Origin: an uncultured Gammaproteobacteria bacterium
GTDB taxonomy: Bacteria > Patescibacteriota > Microgenomatia > Levybacterales > GWA1-39-11
Assembly: GCA_964409875.1 (NCBI GenBank)
Contig: CAYPEN010000004.1
Location: forward strand, 11,596 to 75,595
Direction: 5' to 3'
Length of the DNA: 64,000 nucleotides
The notes below the pieces were generated by a model that was not told where the DNA came from, did no database searches, and worked only from the letters and a program-made list of their open reading frames with translations. Position numbers and translations under genes: made by a program. Positions 28,291 to 37,614 of the stretch are shown in pieces (within the stretch, counting starts at the first letter, position 1; the number at the start of each line of letters is the position of its first letter).

Positions 28291-30462
28291 TTATTCGAGC
28301 TTTCCAAGTTCTTCCGCTTTTCCATCAGTCTTGAAGTATTTTACGATATACGGTTTTTCAGGAAGTTTGGTGTAAGCTGCTTTATATGTTTTATTCTCTT
28401 TAGCTGGAATAATATCTGGAATATCACTTGTTTCTATTCCTGTTCCATGTTTATCCGAATGTAATTGAAAACTAAGACTCCTAATTGGCATGCTTTTTTC
28501 CGACGAATTTTTGATTAAAATTTCCACCATAACCGTACTACTTGTTTCAGTCATTTTTGTTACCTGAGCGGTAACATTTTCTACAATTTCCTTAGCTCCA
28601 TAAGAAGTAAAACCCGGAGTCTGGTTTATATTTGAAGCAGTTGCCGTTGGCGTGATAGTAGTTAACGGCACATCAGTTGGGACAATTGCGTCCTTATCTA
28701 TAATTTCTTCACCGGTTTGTGTATCAAGAACAATTACCCAATATTCCTTGCCTCTTTTAGCATTGAACTTAACATACTTACTATCCTTGGAGAAGGTGAA
28801 AGAATTGAGTATCTCTGTTTCAAAAGTGCTTGGTTGAAGATAGTAATATGTGGTAGCTCTTGAGGGAGAAAATATGTAAGTTGCTTCCTTTAAGCCGCCA
28901 TAGGGAAAATTTATTTCCGCTCTGTTAGTGTAATCAAGAACTGCATTGACTGTCGTACTATCTGTATCAATACTGCCTCCATTGATTAATTCCCAGTAAA
29001 TAACATGTTTGCTATCAGGACTAAAGGCTGGTGCGCGATAAGGTGAAGCTCCTGAATATTCTTTGTCGTCGATTACGGTAATTGTTTTATTGCCATACTC
29101 TTTATTCAGGAATGAGGTATATCCTAATCTTTTGGAATCAGGGCTAAAAGAAACACCGTATATATGTCCATTTTTTGTGCCGTAGCTTTTAAGGTGTGGG
29201 CCCCATTCACCTTCGAATAATATGCCGCTTGTTGCATAGACAAACCGTTTGCTATCAGGGCTAAAGTAAATTCCATCCATTTCTGACAGTAATGAGTAAA
29301 GCTTTATGAGACTTTTACCGTCAAGATAAACCTCCATTTGATTAGTTCCCTCCGATGCAAAAGCAAATCGCTTGCTATCAGGGCTAAATAGGAGATAACT
29401 AATATGCCGAAATCCATTAGCTATCTCTTTTCCATCAACGACAAGTACAATTTCCCCACTGTCATATACATTGTTTACAAAACCGCCATTGGACTTTCTT
29501 CCAACATAAGCGAGTCTGTTTCCGTCTGGGCTCCAAGTATACGCACCTGCTCTTGAGATAGAATAGACAGAATCGCCGATTTCCAGATATTCAGATTGTT
29601 TTACTCCGTTAAGCACTATAAATTTTTTATTAACACCTGCAGAACCGACGTATGCATAATTGCTCCCGCTTGGTGCGAAAGACAAAGAGCCACCTTGGTA
29701 TGGTTGTTCTTTTCCTTCAATAAAAACCTTACTTGTCTTATTGACCGAGTCACTGAGAATGTATCCGTTTTTTGAAGCATCAATGCTGAAAGAAATGTCA
29801 GAAATTCTTAGGCTTCCTGTGGGGTCGGGGTACTTTGCGATTATGGAGTTGTTCACGTAGTATATGAGGTATCCATTTTGATGATTCCAGGTTGCAAGCT
29901 TTTGGCCATTTTTACTTATTGTTAACCCACCCAGTTGCGGGAGAATTTGAATTTCTTTTCCATCATTAAAGATATGAGCGAGTCTGTCATTAGACATACC
30001 AATCATCAAGAGTTTCCCGGTTACATAGTTGTATGCTGCTAATGCAATTTTTAAGTTGTTACAAACTGTACAGTCCGGTATTACATATCCATCATGGCCT
30101 TCCGGAGTTTCAAAAATGACATGCTCCTTGTCAGGGCTAAATATGGGTATAAGTGAGTTATCATCAGGGACATCGGTAATTTTATGTGAAAATGGAGTAG
30201 GTGTTGGGAGTGGAATATTTGTGGTGTTAGTAGTTGTAGCGGCAGTATTTTTAAAAGTCTCATGTGGTAAAAATGCGAGGGCACTGACATTTTTTGAGAT
30301 GGGTAGGATATTAAAATAGTTCAAGAAAAGAAGAGTTGATACTATAAGCAATATAGTAATTCCTTCAATAGAAAACGCTTTAAAAAGTGATCCGGAGTTG
30401 GAGGGACCTTGATCAGGAAGTTTGAAAGATGTTACGGGGGGCAAGGGATTGTTATTTTCCAC
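28291..30462 (-). CDS. Membrane-anchored beta-propeller (TolB/PD40-like repeats) protein with C-terminal Ig-like domain
   Basis: TM near N-terminus; repeated (F/W)SPD(S/G)(K/N)R units; GTG 30462 lies 6 nt after TACACT. Confidence 0.75.
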   Translation of the reverse strand: MENNNPLPPVTSFKLPDQGPSNSGSLFKAFSIEGITILLIVSTLLFLNYFNILPISKNVSALAFLPHETFKNTAATTTNTTNIPLPTPTPFSHKITDVPDDNSLIPIFSPDKEHVIFETPEGHDGYVIPDCTVCNNLKIALAAYNYVTGKLLMIGMSNDRLAHIFNDGKEIQILPQLGGLTISKNGQKLATWNHQNGYLIYYVNNSIIAKYPDPTGSLRISDISFSIDASKNGYILSDSVNKTSKVFIEGKEQPYQGGSLSFAPSGSNYAYVGSAGVNKKFIVLNGVKQSEYLEIGDSVYSISRAGAYTWSPDGNRLAYVGRKSNGGFVNNVYDSGEIVLVVDGKEIANGFRHISYLLFSPDSKRFAFASEGTNQMEVYLDGKSLIKLYSLLSEMDGIYFSPDSKRFVYATSGILFEGEWGPHLKSYGTKNGHIYGVSFSPDSKRLGYTSFLNKEYGNKTITVIDDKEYSGASPYRAPAFSPDSKHVIYWELINGGSIDTDSTTVNAVLDYTNRAEINFPYGGLKEATYIFSPSRATTYYYLQPSTFETEILNSFTFSKDSKYVKFNAKRGKEYWVIVLDTQTGEEIIDKDAIVPTDVPLTTITPTATASNINQTPGFTSYGAKEIVENVTAQVTKMTETSSTVMVEILIKNSSEKSMPIRSLSFQLHSDKHGTGIETSDIPDIIPAKENKTYKAAYTKLPEKPYIVKYFKTDGKAEELGKLE

Positions 30463-30687
30463 ACTTTCAGTGTAGTAAAACAGCAATTATGATGCAAATA
30501 ATCCTCCGCAATACACAGAGAGGTTATAGTGTGAGTTTATGGAACGTTCCATGCTCCCATATGTATATACTGCGGGGGAGCCGCATCTTATCCATTAATA
30601 CCTTTTCCTTCCAAATTTCATGACTGAGAATTTGTTTTGTTTTTTTATAAATTGTGGCTCTTGTTTTTGTTAGCAACTCAAAATTTA

Positions 30688-31143
30688 TCACATCGCATTC
30701 ACCCTCTTTCGAGCATCAGTTAGTTCTAATGTTTCAATTTCCCTAATGGCTTTTTTTGAGATGGTATTGAGTGGAACTTTTAATTCCGTTACAAAATTTC
30801 CTAAAACTTTTTTTGAAAGAGGATACGGGATGTATTTCTTTATGATTGCAAACAAATTTTTATGGCCCCCGATAAGTATTCCGTCGACTGGATTTTCCTT
30901 AACGTATTTTTTTACAATAGCTGAAAGAGAATTGAGATGTTGGTGAAGATGTTCTTGTATATGCCGGTTGATTTTATCTTGTGCATCCCAGGCGTTACTC
31001 CCATGTTTTACTCTTTGAGGAACATCATTTTTCGAGAAGTCTAAAAGAGAGGAGACAGTCCCTTTAAAAAGAGTGAACAATTTTGCTTGTTTTCTATCTG
31101 CAATAAGCACTAAATATGTTTTGCTTGAATTGTAATTTTTCAT
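30688..31143 (-). CDS. Host-attachment / baeRF release-factor-like protein
   Basis: LVLIADRKQAKLF, DGILIGGH; 151 aa, size typical of this family. Confidence 0.7.
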   Translation of the reverse strand: MKNYNSSKTYLVLIADRKQAKLFTLFKGTVSSLLDFSKNDVPQRVKHGSNAWDAQDKINRHIQEHLHQHLNSLSAIVKKYVKENPVDGILIGGHKNLFAIIKKYIPYPLSKKVLGNFVTELKVPLNTISKKAIREIETLELTDARKRVNAM

Positions 31144-31149
31144 AAATTC

Positions 31150-31182
31150 ACATGCCGGTTAATCTCCCTATCTCCGGCATGT
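31150..31182. other. Intercistronic hairpin
   Basis: ACATGCCGG...CCGGCATGT perfect 9-bp inverted repeat. Confidence 0.55.
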
Positions 31183-31191
31183 TAGCAATTC

Positions 31192-31509
31192 TCAGCTTTT
31201 CCCATAGTAGAGTTCGCTTCCGGCAACAACGGTTAGAAGTATGCCAATAGTTATACTTGTCCAAAGTGCTGCGGTTATAATCCCAAAACTAAAGATGAAT
31301 GGAGAAAGGATTATTGCAACCCCTACTAAGGATGCTACCCAGTATTCCCATCGTCCGCGTCCACGTGCATATCCTTCCAGAAAAGAAACTGCTACAACCC
31401 CTGCACCAAAGAGCAAGCTTGCCCAGAGCGCAGTCGGATTATCTGAGTATCTGAAAAAAAACGGTGCACCCATGAGTGCGGCTCCTAACAGTCCAGTGAC
31501 CCAGTACAT
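31192..31509 (-). CDS. SPW-repeat membrane protein
   Basis: Two WVxxLxGxxxxxxPF repeats; SD GGAGGTGG. Confidence 0.8.
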   Translation of the reverse strand: MYWVTGLLGAALMGAPFFFRYSDNPTALWASLLFGAGVVAVSFLEGYARGRGRWEYWVASLVGVAIILSPFIFSFGIITAALWTSITIGILLTVVAGSELYYGKS

Positions 31510-31511
31510 AA

Positions 31512-31895
31512 TTATCCACCTCCTTTCTCTTTTGCTTCTGCCTTTTCTGCGTCTTCTTTAGTTGGTTGGAGAGTCTCTGGGGGATGGTTAGGTGGGGAAT
31601 AAACAGTATAAAGCTTTAGATTAATTGTTCCTGTGTTGACAAAATTATGTGGGGTGCCAGCTGGTACAAAAGAAACATCTCCTGCCTCAAAGTCATGCGT
31701 TTGCCCGTTTAGTATTGCCTGGCCTTTCCCTTCTACAAAAAAAAGGATCTGGTCGACTGCTTCGTGAGTTTCCAGACCAATATCCTCGTTGATTGGTATA
31801 CTCATGAGGACCAATTGACTATGTTTCCCTGTATAAATCACCTCACGAAAATGATTGTTTCCTTTTGTTAGTTTATGTATATCCTTTAAAAACAT
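31512..31895 (-). CDS. Cupin domain protein
   Basis: SQLVLMSI, IGLETHEAVDQ, VPAGTPHNF, LKLYTVYSPPNH. Confidence 0.92.
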   Translation of the reverse strand: MFLKDIHKLTKGNNHFREVIYTGKHSQLVLMSIPINEDIGLETHEAVDQILFFVEGKGQAILNGQTHDFEAGDVSFVPAGTPHNFVNTGTINLKLYTVYSPPNHPPETLQPTKEDAEKAEAKEKGGG

Positions 31896-31904
31896 ACGAC
31901 TCCT

Positions 31905-31979
31905 TTATATTGGTGCAAAAAAATAGAAAGTAAAAAAATTTGTAATAAGCTTTTCGATGAGGTTAGTAATTCTTTTCAT
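31905..31979 (-). CDS. Uncalled 24-aa peptide MKRITNLIEKLITNFFTFYFFAPI
   Basis: Lies between the CRP boxes and the cupin; its TAA abuts the cupin SD (TAA AGGAG tcgt ATG). Confidence 0.4.
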   Translation of the reverse strand: MKRITNLIEKLITNFFTFYFFAPI

Positions 31980-32018
31980 AAATCTAGTGTTATTATTGCG
32001 TTTTATACACTAAATGTC

Positions 32019-32057
32019 AGTGATAATTCTCACATTTTTGTTGTGACTTTTATCACA
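32019..32057. promoter_or_regulatory. Tandem CRP/FNR-family boxes
   Basis: AGTGA-N6-TCACA (32019-32034) and perfect TGTGA-N6-TCACA (32042-32057), 23-bp period. Confidence 0.8.
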
Positions 32058-32093
32058 TCTGATTACAAGTAAATTAGATAATATAAGTTCAGT

Positions 32094-32468
32094 ATGATAC
32101 GTTTGTTAGAAAGTGGTAAATATTCAGTTTTTGAAACCGGTGGCCATACAAGAATTTTAGAGATTGTTGATAAATATAACTTTGCGTGGATACATACCAA
32201 TGTAGGTGAAATACTTGTTGCTTCTCAACAGGAATTTAAGCCCAAAGAATTGGTTGCTGAGGGTAATTACCGTTTGTATGATGTCAAAAATGAGCCGGAA
32301 TTGACTGATCTAATTCACCTTGAGTTGTTTGTGGGTGAAGGGAAGTGGCAAGGATATTTATTACCTACAGGATTTCCTGAAGCTAAGAAAAAAAGAAGCA
32401 GAATTATTCCCACCAATGAGATTATTACAACCTACAATCCGAATATCAGCTCGTCTTCAAGCTTGTGA
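32094..32468 (+). CDS. Hypothetical protein
   Basis: 124-aa ORF with normal composition, divergent from the cupin operon. Confidence 0.7.
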   Translation: MIRLLESGKYSVFETGGHTRILEIVDKYNFAWIHTNVGEILVASQQEFKPKELVAEGNYRLYDVKNEPELTDLIHLELFVGEGKWQGYLLPTGFPEAKKKRSRIIPTNEIITTYNPNISSSSSL

Positions 32469-33079
32469 ATATCAGGGACAATGATTTCGTTTCGGGCAAA
32501 AGAGATAATGCCTTTCTCTTTCAGAAGTTTGAATTCTCTACTTACGGTTTCGCGGCTCATTCCCGCTTGGGATGCAATATCCTTTTCCGTAGAATTAAGA
32601 ATCACTTTGTCTCCTTCTTTTTTACCGAAGCGTTTGGCATCTATGAGTAATTCAGTAACAAGTCTGGTATAAGCGCTTCCCGACATAAAATATGTCATGC
32701 GTTGTAAAATCCCATCCATTCCTCTAAAAACACGGCTTAACAAATCAAAAAGTACGTCTGGTTGGCTTTTTATAAATTGGAGAACCTTCTCGCGGGTCGC
32801 TTTGACTGCTTCTATGTCTTCCATTGCCTCAAAAAAATACTCATTCTTTGTTCCATTAATTGCCCATGACATGGGAAAAAAAGAGATGGGTTTGAAAATA
32901 TTTACAACAAATTCATCACCGTTCTGAGAAATAGAGTATTCTTTAACTTTCCCCTTTGTTAAATAGAATATTCCTGAAGGGTCATCGCCTGCTCTTATCA
33001 ATATTTCACCTTTTTTGTACTTATAAGATTTAAATTGGGAAAAAAAAGTGGCAAGTTTTGAAGAAACAGCATCATTCAT
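32432..33079 (-). CDS. Crp/Fnr family transcriptional regulator
   Basis: cNMP-binding-like domain YKKGEILIRAGD..IFYLTKGKV; HTH DIASQAGMSRETVSRE; TATAAT-N6-ATG at 33079. Confidence 0.95.
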   Translation of the reverse strand: MNDAVSSKLATFFSQFKSYKYKKGEILIRAGDDPSGIFYLTKGKVKEYSISQNGDEFVVNIFKPISFFPMSWAINGTKNEYFFEAMEDIEAVKATREKVLQFIKSQPDVLFDLLSRVFRGMDGILQRMTYFMSGSAYTRLVTELLIDAKRFGKKEGDKVILNSTEKDIASQAGMSRETVSREFKLLKEKGIISFARNEIIVPDIHKLEDELIFGL

Positions 33080-33104
33080 GAGGCAATTATACCTTTTTAA
33101 AATT

Positions 33105-33120
33105 AGTGACACAAATCATA
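33105..33120. promoter_or_regulatory. Possible CRP box upstream of the crp gene (autoregulation)
   Basis: AGTGA-cacaaa-TCATA, 2 mismatches to consensus. Confidence 0.45.
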
Positions 33121-33153
33121 TGTATTCAATGTCTTCTATCGTTAAAATGAAGT

Positions 33154-33492
33154 ATGAATTATATGGTACTCACAAAAAAAGTCGGGTTTTCATTACTTTT
33201 AATACCGGTTGCTTTTCTCCTTTTTTTTGGTATAGGTGAGATGATCGAGGGAACACCAGGTGCAGTAATTCACTTTGTGCAACTTGTGCCTCTTCTCATT
33301 TTGATATTAGTCGCTTATTTTAATTCTGAGTGGGCTGGATACCTTCTAATAGTTATTGGCTCAATATTGGGGATATTATATGCCATAACGACACGTTTCC
33401 CGTTGCCAACAATTTTGCTTGTCGAGTTGATGCTCTTTGTGATGCCAGTTGTGTCAGGAGTATTGCTTGTTACCTCTTCGAAAAAACGATAA
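33154..33492 (+). CDS. Small 4-TM membrane protein
   Basis: Hydrophobic helices; FGIGEM..G..HFVQ. Confidence 0.75.
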   Translation: MNYMVLTKKVGFSLLLIPVAFLLFFGIGEMIEGTPGAVIHFVQLVPLLILILVAYFNSEWAGYLLIVIGSILGILYAITTRFPLPTILLVELMLFVMPVVSGVLLVTSSKKR

Positions 33493-33526
33493 TACCTCTA
33501 CTATTTTGTGGTAGTATTAAGTCAGG

Positions 33527-34054
33527 ATGGAAGATGCAACCGTTATAGAGCAAGCATCGGTTAAAGAATCGATGCAGATGACTGAAACAAAAGACGTTTT
33601 GATGAAGGCGTTGCAAGAACCGGACCCAGTTTATGAAATTATCGAAAACAAACCTCTAAAAGAAAACTGGATTACTGCTGCGGTTACCAGATTAGGTCAA
33701 GCAGTTGAAGGTAATTCAACTACCGTTATTTCCTTTACCGATGCCAATCTTGCTCTCCAAAACGAGCGGGGTTTTGCCAGTGCATATTTGAAGCATTTGG
33801 GTTCAAACATCGATGTCATGACTCTAAAGGACATAGTGGGAGGTCAAAGAAAGCTTGCTGTAGTAAAAAGAGCAGAGTTGGATTTTCCAACAGAACCACG
33901 ACTTGCTTGGGTTGAGGATGAATTGGGAAGGCGGAATCTCATTTCAACAACTAAAATTGATGGAGTACAGGTGGAGCTTGATATGCATGCAATAGGCAAG
34001 GGGCCCGAAACCACAGGGGTTTTACATCCAATTCTCCGCTTGTCTACAAAATAG
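33527..34054 (+). CDS. Hypothetical protein
   Basis: 175-aa ORF; no family recognised. Confidence 0.6.
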   Translation: MEDATVIEQASVKESMQMTETKDVLMKALQEPDPVYEIIENKPLKENWITAAVTRLGQAVEGNSTTVISFTDANLALQNERGFASAYLKHLGSNIDVMTLKDIVGGQRKLAVVKRAELDFPTEPRLAWVEDELGRRNLISTTKIDGVQVELDMHAIGKGPETTGVLHPILRLSTK

Positions 34055-34277
34055 AGTCCACTACACACATTTTTTAGAAGTACCCGATTTGATAGACGGC
34101 CTATAATTTTGATATTTACCCTCAAAGATAGTATAATTTACCGTTTGTGTAAATGAGCTTGGTCCAAAAGCGGGCCTCTGCCCGTTTGTATCACGCACAT
34201 TCACAATTGAAAGGACATGAAATGTAAAGAGTAACCCACCAGGTACAAAGAAAAACTACAGGAAAGAGGAAAACAGC

Positions 34278-35297
34278 TTGGTCACAAGAATCGGCATCAA
34301 CGGCGCCGGCCGCATCGGCCGGATGGTCACAAAGACGGTCACTGACCGTTACCAGGGTCAACTTCAGGTCGTTGCTCTCAACGATCCGTTCTCCGAGCCT
34401 CGTGTCACGGCCAACATGCTCAGGTACGACAGTACCTACGGCCGTTGGAGTCACGAGGTCGAGGAGGGCAACGATCACATCAAGGTTGACGGCCGTTACA
34501 TCCCTCACTTCAGTGAGCGCGAGCCCGGTTCGATTCCTTGGGAGGCGGCACAGGTCGACATCGTCGTCGAATCGACGGGCGTCTTCACTGACGCCGCCCG
34601 TGCCCGCGCACACATGCGAGGGCCGGTCAAAAAGGTCATCATCAGTGCACCCGCCAAGAGCGAGGACTACACAGTGGTTCTCGGCGTCAACGACGATGGG
34701 TATGATTCCGCTCGTCACGATGTGGTGAGTAACGCATCCTGCACGACCAATGGGCTCGCCCCGGTCGTGAAGGTGCTCGTCGACAACCTCGGGCTCGTAA
34801 AGGGCCAGATGACGACAATCCATTCCTACACCAATTCCCAGCAGATCCTCGACAAGGCTGTAGGGAATGACCTTCGCGAGATGCGCGCCGGTCCCCTCAA
34901 CATCGTGCCGACATCAACCGGCGCAGCCAGGGCCCTCCGGCTCGTCATCCCCGAAGTCGATGGAAAGCTTGACGGGCTTTCGTACCGCGTCCCGACGCCG
35001 ACGGTCTCAATCGTCGAGATCGTTGCGCTGACCGAAAGGGACACAACGAAAGACGAGCTCAACGGACTGTTTCGGGAGGCTTCCATAGGGAAGATGAAGG
35101 GTGTCTTGGGTATCACCATGGACCCCGTCGTCTCGATGGACATGAAGGGCGATGAGCGCTCAAGTGTCGTCGACGGGATGTCGACCAACGTTGTCGGGGG
35201 TAACCTCGTCAAGGTCGCAGCCTGGTACGACAACGAGTGGGCATACGCATGTCGCATCAGCGACCTCTGCAAATTCATCGCCGACAAGGGGCTCTAG
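34278..35297 (+). CDS. gap: Type I glyceraldehyde-3-phosphate dehydrogenase
   Basis: GINGAGRIGR, VVESTGVF, SNASCTTNGLAP, WYDNEW; TTG start after AGAGGA. Confidence 0.98.
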   Translation: MVTRIGINGAGRIGRMVTKTVTDRYQGQLQVVALNDPFSEPRVTANMLRYDSTYGRWSHEVEEGNDHIKVDGRYIPHFSEREPGSIPWEAAQVDIVVESTGVFTDAARARAHMRGPVKKVIISAPAKSEDYTVVLGVNDDGYDSARHDVVSNASCTTNGLAPVVKVLVDNLGLVKGQMTTIHSYTNSQQILDKAVGNDLREMRAGPLNIVPTSTGAARALRLVIPEVDGKLDGLSYRVPTPTVSIVEIVALTERDTTKDELNGLFREASIGKMKGVLGITMDPVVSMDMKGDERSSVVDGMSTNVVGGNLVKVAAWYDNEWAYACRISDLCKFIADKGL

Positions 35298-35319
35298 CTG
35301 TCCAAGTCCTTTCAAGCCC

Positions 35320-35352
35320 GGAGCGGCGGGGGTTTTATTCCTCCGTCGCTCC
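35320..35352 (+). terminator. GC-rich hairpin downstream of gap
   Basis: GGAGCGGCGGGGG / CCTCCGTCGCTCC 13-bp stem (2 G-U pairs), 7-nt loop, T-rich downstream. Confidence 0.65.
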
Positions 35353-35441
35353 TTATACTACTTTCTTTTTTTACCTCAATTTGGTATACTTTCAAAGACC
35401 CTTAAATCGGGTCGTTTTTTTGACTAAAAAAAGTACATATT

Positions 35442-37571
35442 ATGGCTGGAGCAGCCCCAACAACTACAGTTACAAAAGATAGAAACGTAGCGCTTGATAA
35501 AATCCGAAATTTCGGAATTATCGCGCATATCGATGCAGGCAAAACCACAACTTCCGAGCGTATTCTTTATTACACGGGAAGGACCTACAAAATTGGTGAA
35601 GTACACGAAGGTGCCGCAACGATGGACTGGATGGATCAGGAAAGAGAGCGGGGTATTACTATTGTTTCTGCTGCAACCACAACATTTTGGAATGGATACC
35701 GTTTTAACCTTATTGATACCCCCGGTCATGTTGATTTTACTGCAGAAGTAGAGCGTTCTCTCCGTGTTTTAGACGGCGCCGTTACCGTTTTAGACGCAGA
35801 GGAGGGAGTTCAAAGCCAATCCGAAACCGTTTGGCGTCAAGCCGACAAATACAATGTTCCCAGAATCTGCTTTATTAACAAAATGGATAAATTGGGGGCA
35901 GACTATGAAAAGACAATACAATCAGTTATTGATAGGTTGGGTGCGAATCCTGTAACAATCGGTCTTCCTATTGGAGCAGAAAATGATTTTAAGGGTATTT
36001 ATCATGTGCTTGACCAAAAGTCCTATATTTGGTCTGGAGAAGAGTTGGGCGCAAAATTTGAGGTAACGGAAGAGATTCCGGATGGCATGAATGAAATGGT
36101 CAAAAAATACCGCGAGCAACTCATCGAAAAGATTGCAGAGACTGATGATGCACTTTTGGAAAAATACCTGAATGGTGATGAGATTTCTTATGATGAATTA
36201 AAAGCTGCATTGAGAGCTGCAACTATTGCCTACAAGGTTGTTCCGGTATTCGCTGGGACGAGCCTGAGAAATAAAGGTGTCCAACCGTTATTGGATGCAG
36301 TGGTTGATTTCCTTCCATCTCCTGCCGACCTTAAAACGGTTACAGGAACCAATCCCAAGACCGGACAAGAGGAGACGAGAAATTTGACACCTGATGAATC
36401 CTTTACCGGTTTTGCTTTCAAGGTTCAAGTTGATCCTCATGTTGGAAAAATTACGTATGTACGCATCTACTCAGGAAAATTAACTTCAGGCTCATATGCT
36501 TATAACTCAACAAAGGATCTTAAGGAGCGTGTGGGAAGGCTTCTTCTTATGCATGCCAATCAAAGAGAGGAAATAAAAGAGGCATATGCAGGTGAAATCG
36601 TTGCAATTGTCGGATTCAAAGACACAATTACTGGTGATACTCTTTGTGAGGAGGGAAAGCCAATTGTTTTGCAACAGATTACTTTCAGAGACCCTGTTAT
36701 TTCACTTGCCATTGAGCCGAAAACCAAGTCTGACCAAGAGAAATTAGGCGCAGCGATGAAGCGTCTTATGGAAGAGGACCCGACATTTACGGTCAAGATG
36801 AACCACGAAACGGGTCAAACCATCATGTCAGGGGTGGGAGAATTGCAGCTTGAGATTATGGTAGAGCGTATGAAGCGGGAAATGGGAGTTGAGGCAAATG
36901 TTGGTGCACCACAGGTTGCATATAAAGAAACAATTGTTGGAAAAGCTAACGCCGAATTTAAGTACATCAAGCAGACTGGAGGCCGCGGACAATACGGTCA
37001 CGTTTTGATAACCGTTGAGCCGAAAGGAAGAGGTGAGGGATTTGAATTTGTGAATGCTATTAAGGGAGGAGCAATTCCACAAGAATTTATCCCAGCAGTT
37101 GAAAAAGGAATTGTTGAGGCTATGGAGCGAGGAGTTGCCTTTGGATACCCTGTTGTTGATGTAAAAGTGACATTGTACGACGGAACCTATCATGACGTCG
37201 ACTCTTCAGAAATTGCCTTTAAAATTGCCGGTTCACAAGCCTTCCAAAAGGGAGCTCGGGAAGCAAAAGTTACCCTTCTCGAGCCTATTATGAAGGTTGA
37301 GGTAACCACTCCTGAAGAATTTATGGGAGATGTTATCGGTGATCTTTCAGCAAAAAGGGCACAGATTTCAGGAAGCGAGGAAAGAGGCAATTCAAGAATT
37401 ATTTTGGCTCTTGTTCCCCTTGCTGAGCTTTCCGGATACGCTACAACACTTCGTTCTCTGACTCAGGGAAGAGCAAACCCATACATGGAGCCATCCCACT
37501 ACGAGGAAGTGCCTACCCAGATTCAAGAACAAATCAAAGCGAAATCCAACTTCGTTCCCAAAGAAGAGTAG
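35442..37571 (+). CDS. fusA: Elongation factor G
   Basis: [35 protein letters not shown]. Confidence 0.99.
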   Translation: MAGAAPTTTVTKDRNVALDKIRNFGIIAHIDAGKTTTSERILYYTGRTYKIGEVHEGAATMDWMDQERERGITIVSAATTTFWNGYRFNLIDTPGHVDFTAEVERSLRVLDGAVTVLDAEEGVQSQSETVWRQADKYNVPRICFINKMDKLGADYEKTIQSVIDRLGANPVTIGLPIGAENDFKGIYHVLDQKSYIWSGEELGAKFEVTEEIPDGMNEMVKKYREQLIEKIAETDDALLEKYLNGDEISYDELKAALRAATIAYKVVPVFAGTSLRNKGVQPLLDAVVDFLPSPADLKTVTGTNPKTGQEETRNLTPDESFTGFAFKVQVDPHVGKITYVRIYSGKLTSGSYAYNSTKDLKERVGRLLLMHANQREEIKEAYAGEIVAIVGFKDTITGDTLCEEGKPIVLQQITFRDPVISLAIEPKTKSDQEKLGAAMKRLMEEDPTFTVKMNHETGQTIMSGVGELQLEIMVERMKREMGVEANVGAPQVAYKETIVGKANAEFKYIKQTGGRGQYGHVLITVEPKGRGEGFEFVNAIKGGAIPQEFIPAVEKGIVEAMERGVAFGYPVVDVKVTLYDGTYHDVDSSEIAFKIAGSQAFQKGAREAKVTLLEPIMKVEVTTPEEFMGDVIGDLSAKRAQISGSEERGNSRIILALVPLAELSGYATTLRSLTQGRANPYMEPSHYEEVPTQIQEQIKAKSNFVPKEE

Positions 37572-37614
37572 TTTGGCCCCAAGCCTAAAGCCTCTTTTCT
37601 GCTAAAATAAATTT

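Noticed and set aside
30487-30687. Possible 23-aa minus-strand ORF and short palindromes in this spacer
   Set aside because: No support beyond a weak SD; consistent with chance.
34191-35287. Long antisense ORFs (210 and 153 aa) over gap
   Set aside because: Expected shadow of high GC3 codon usage in gap.
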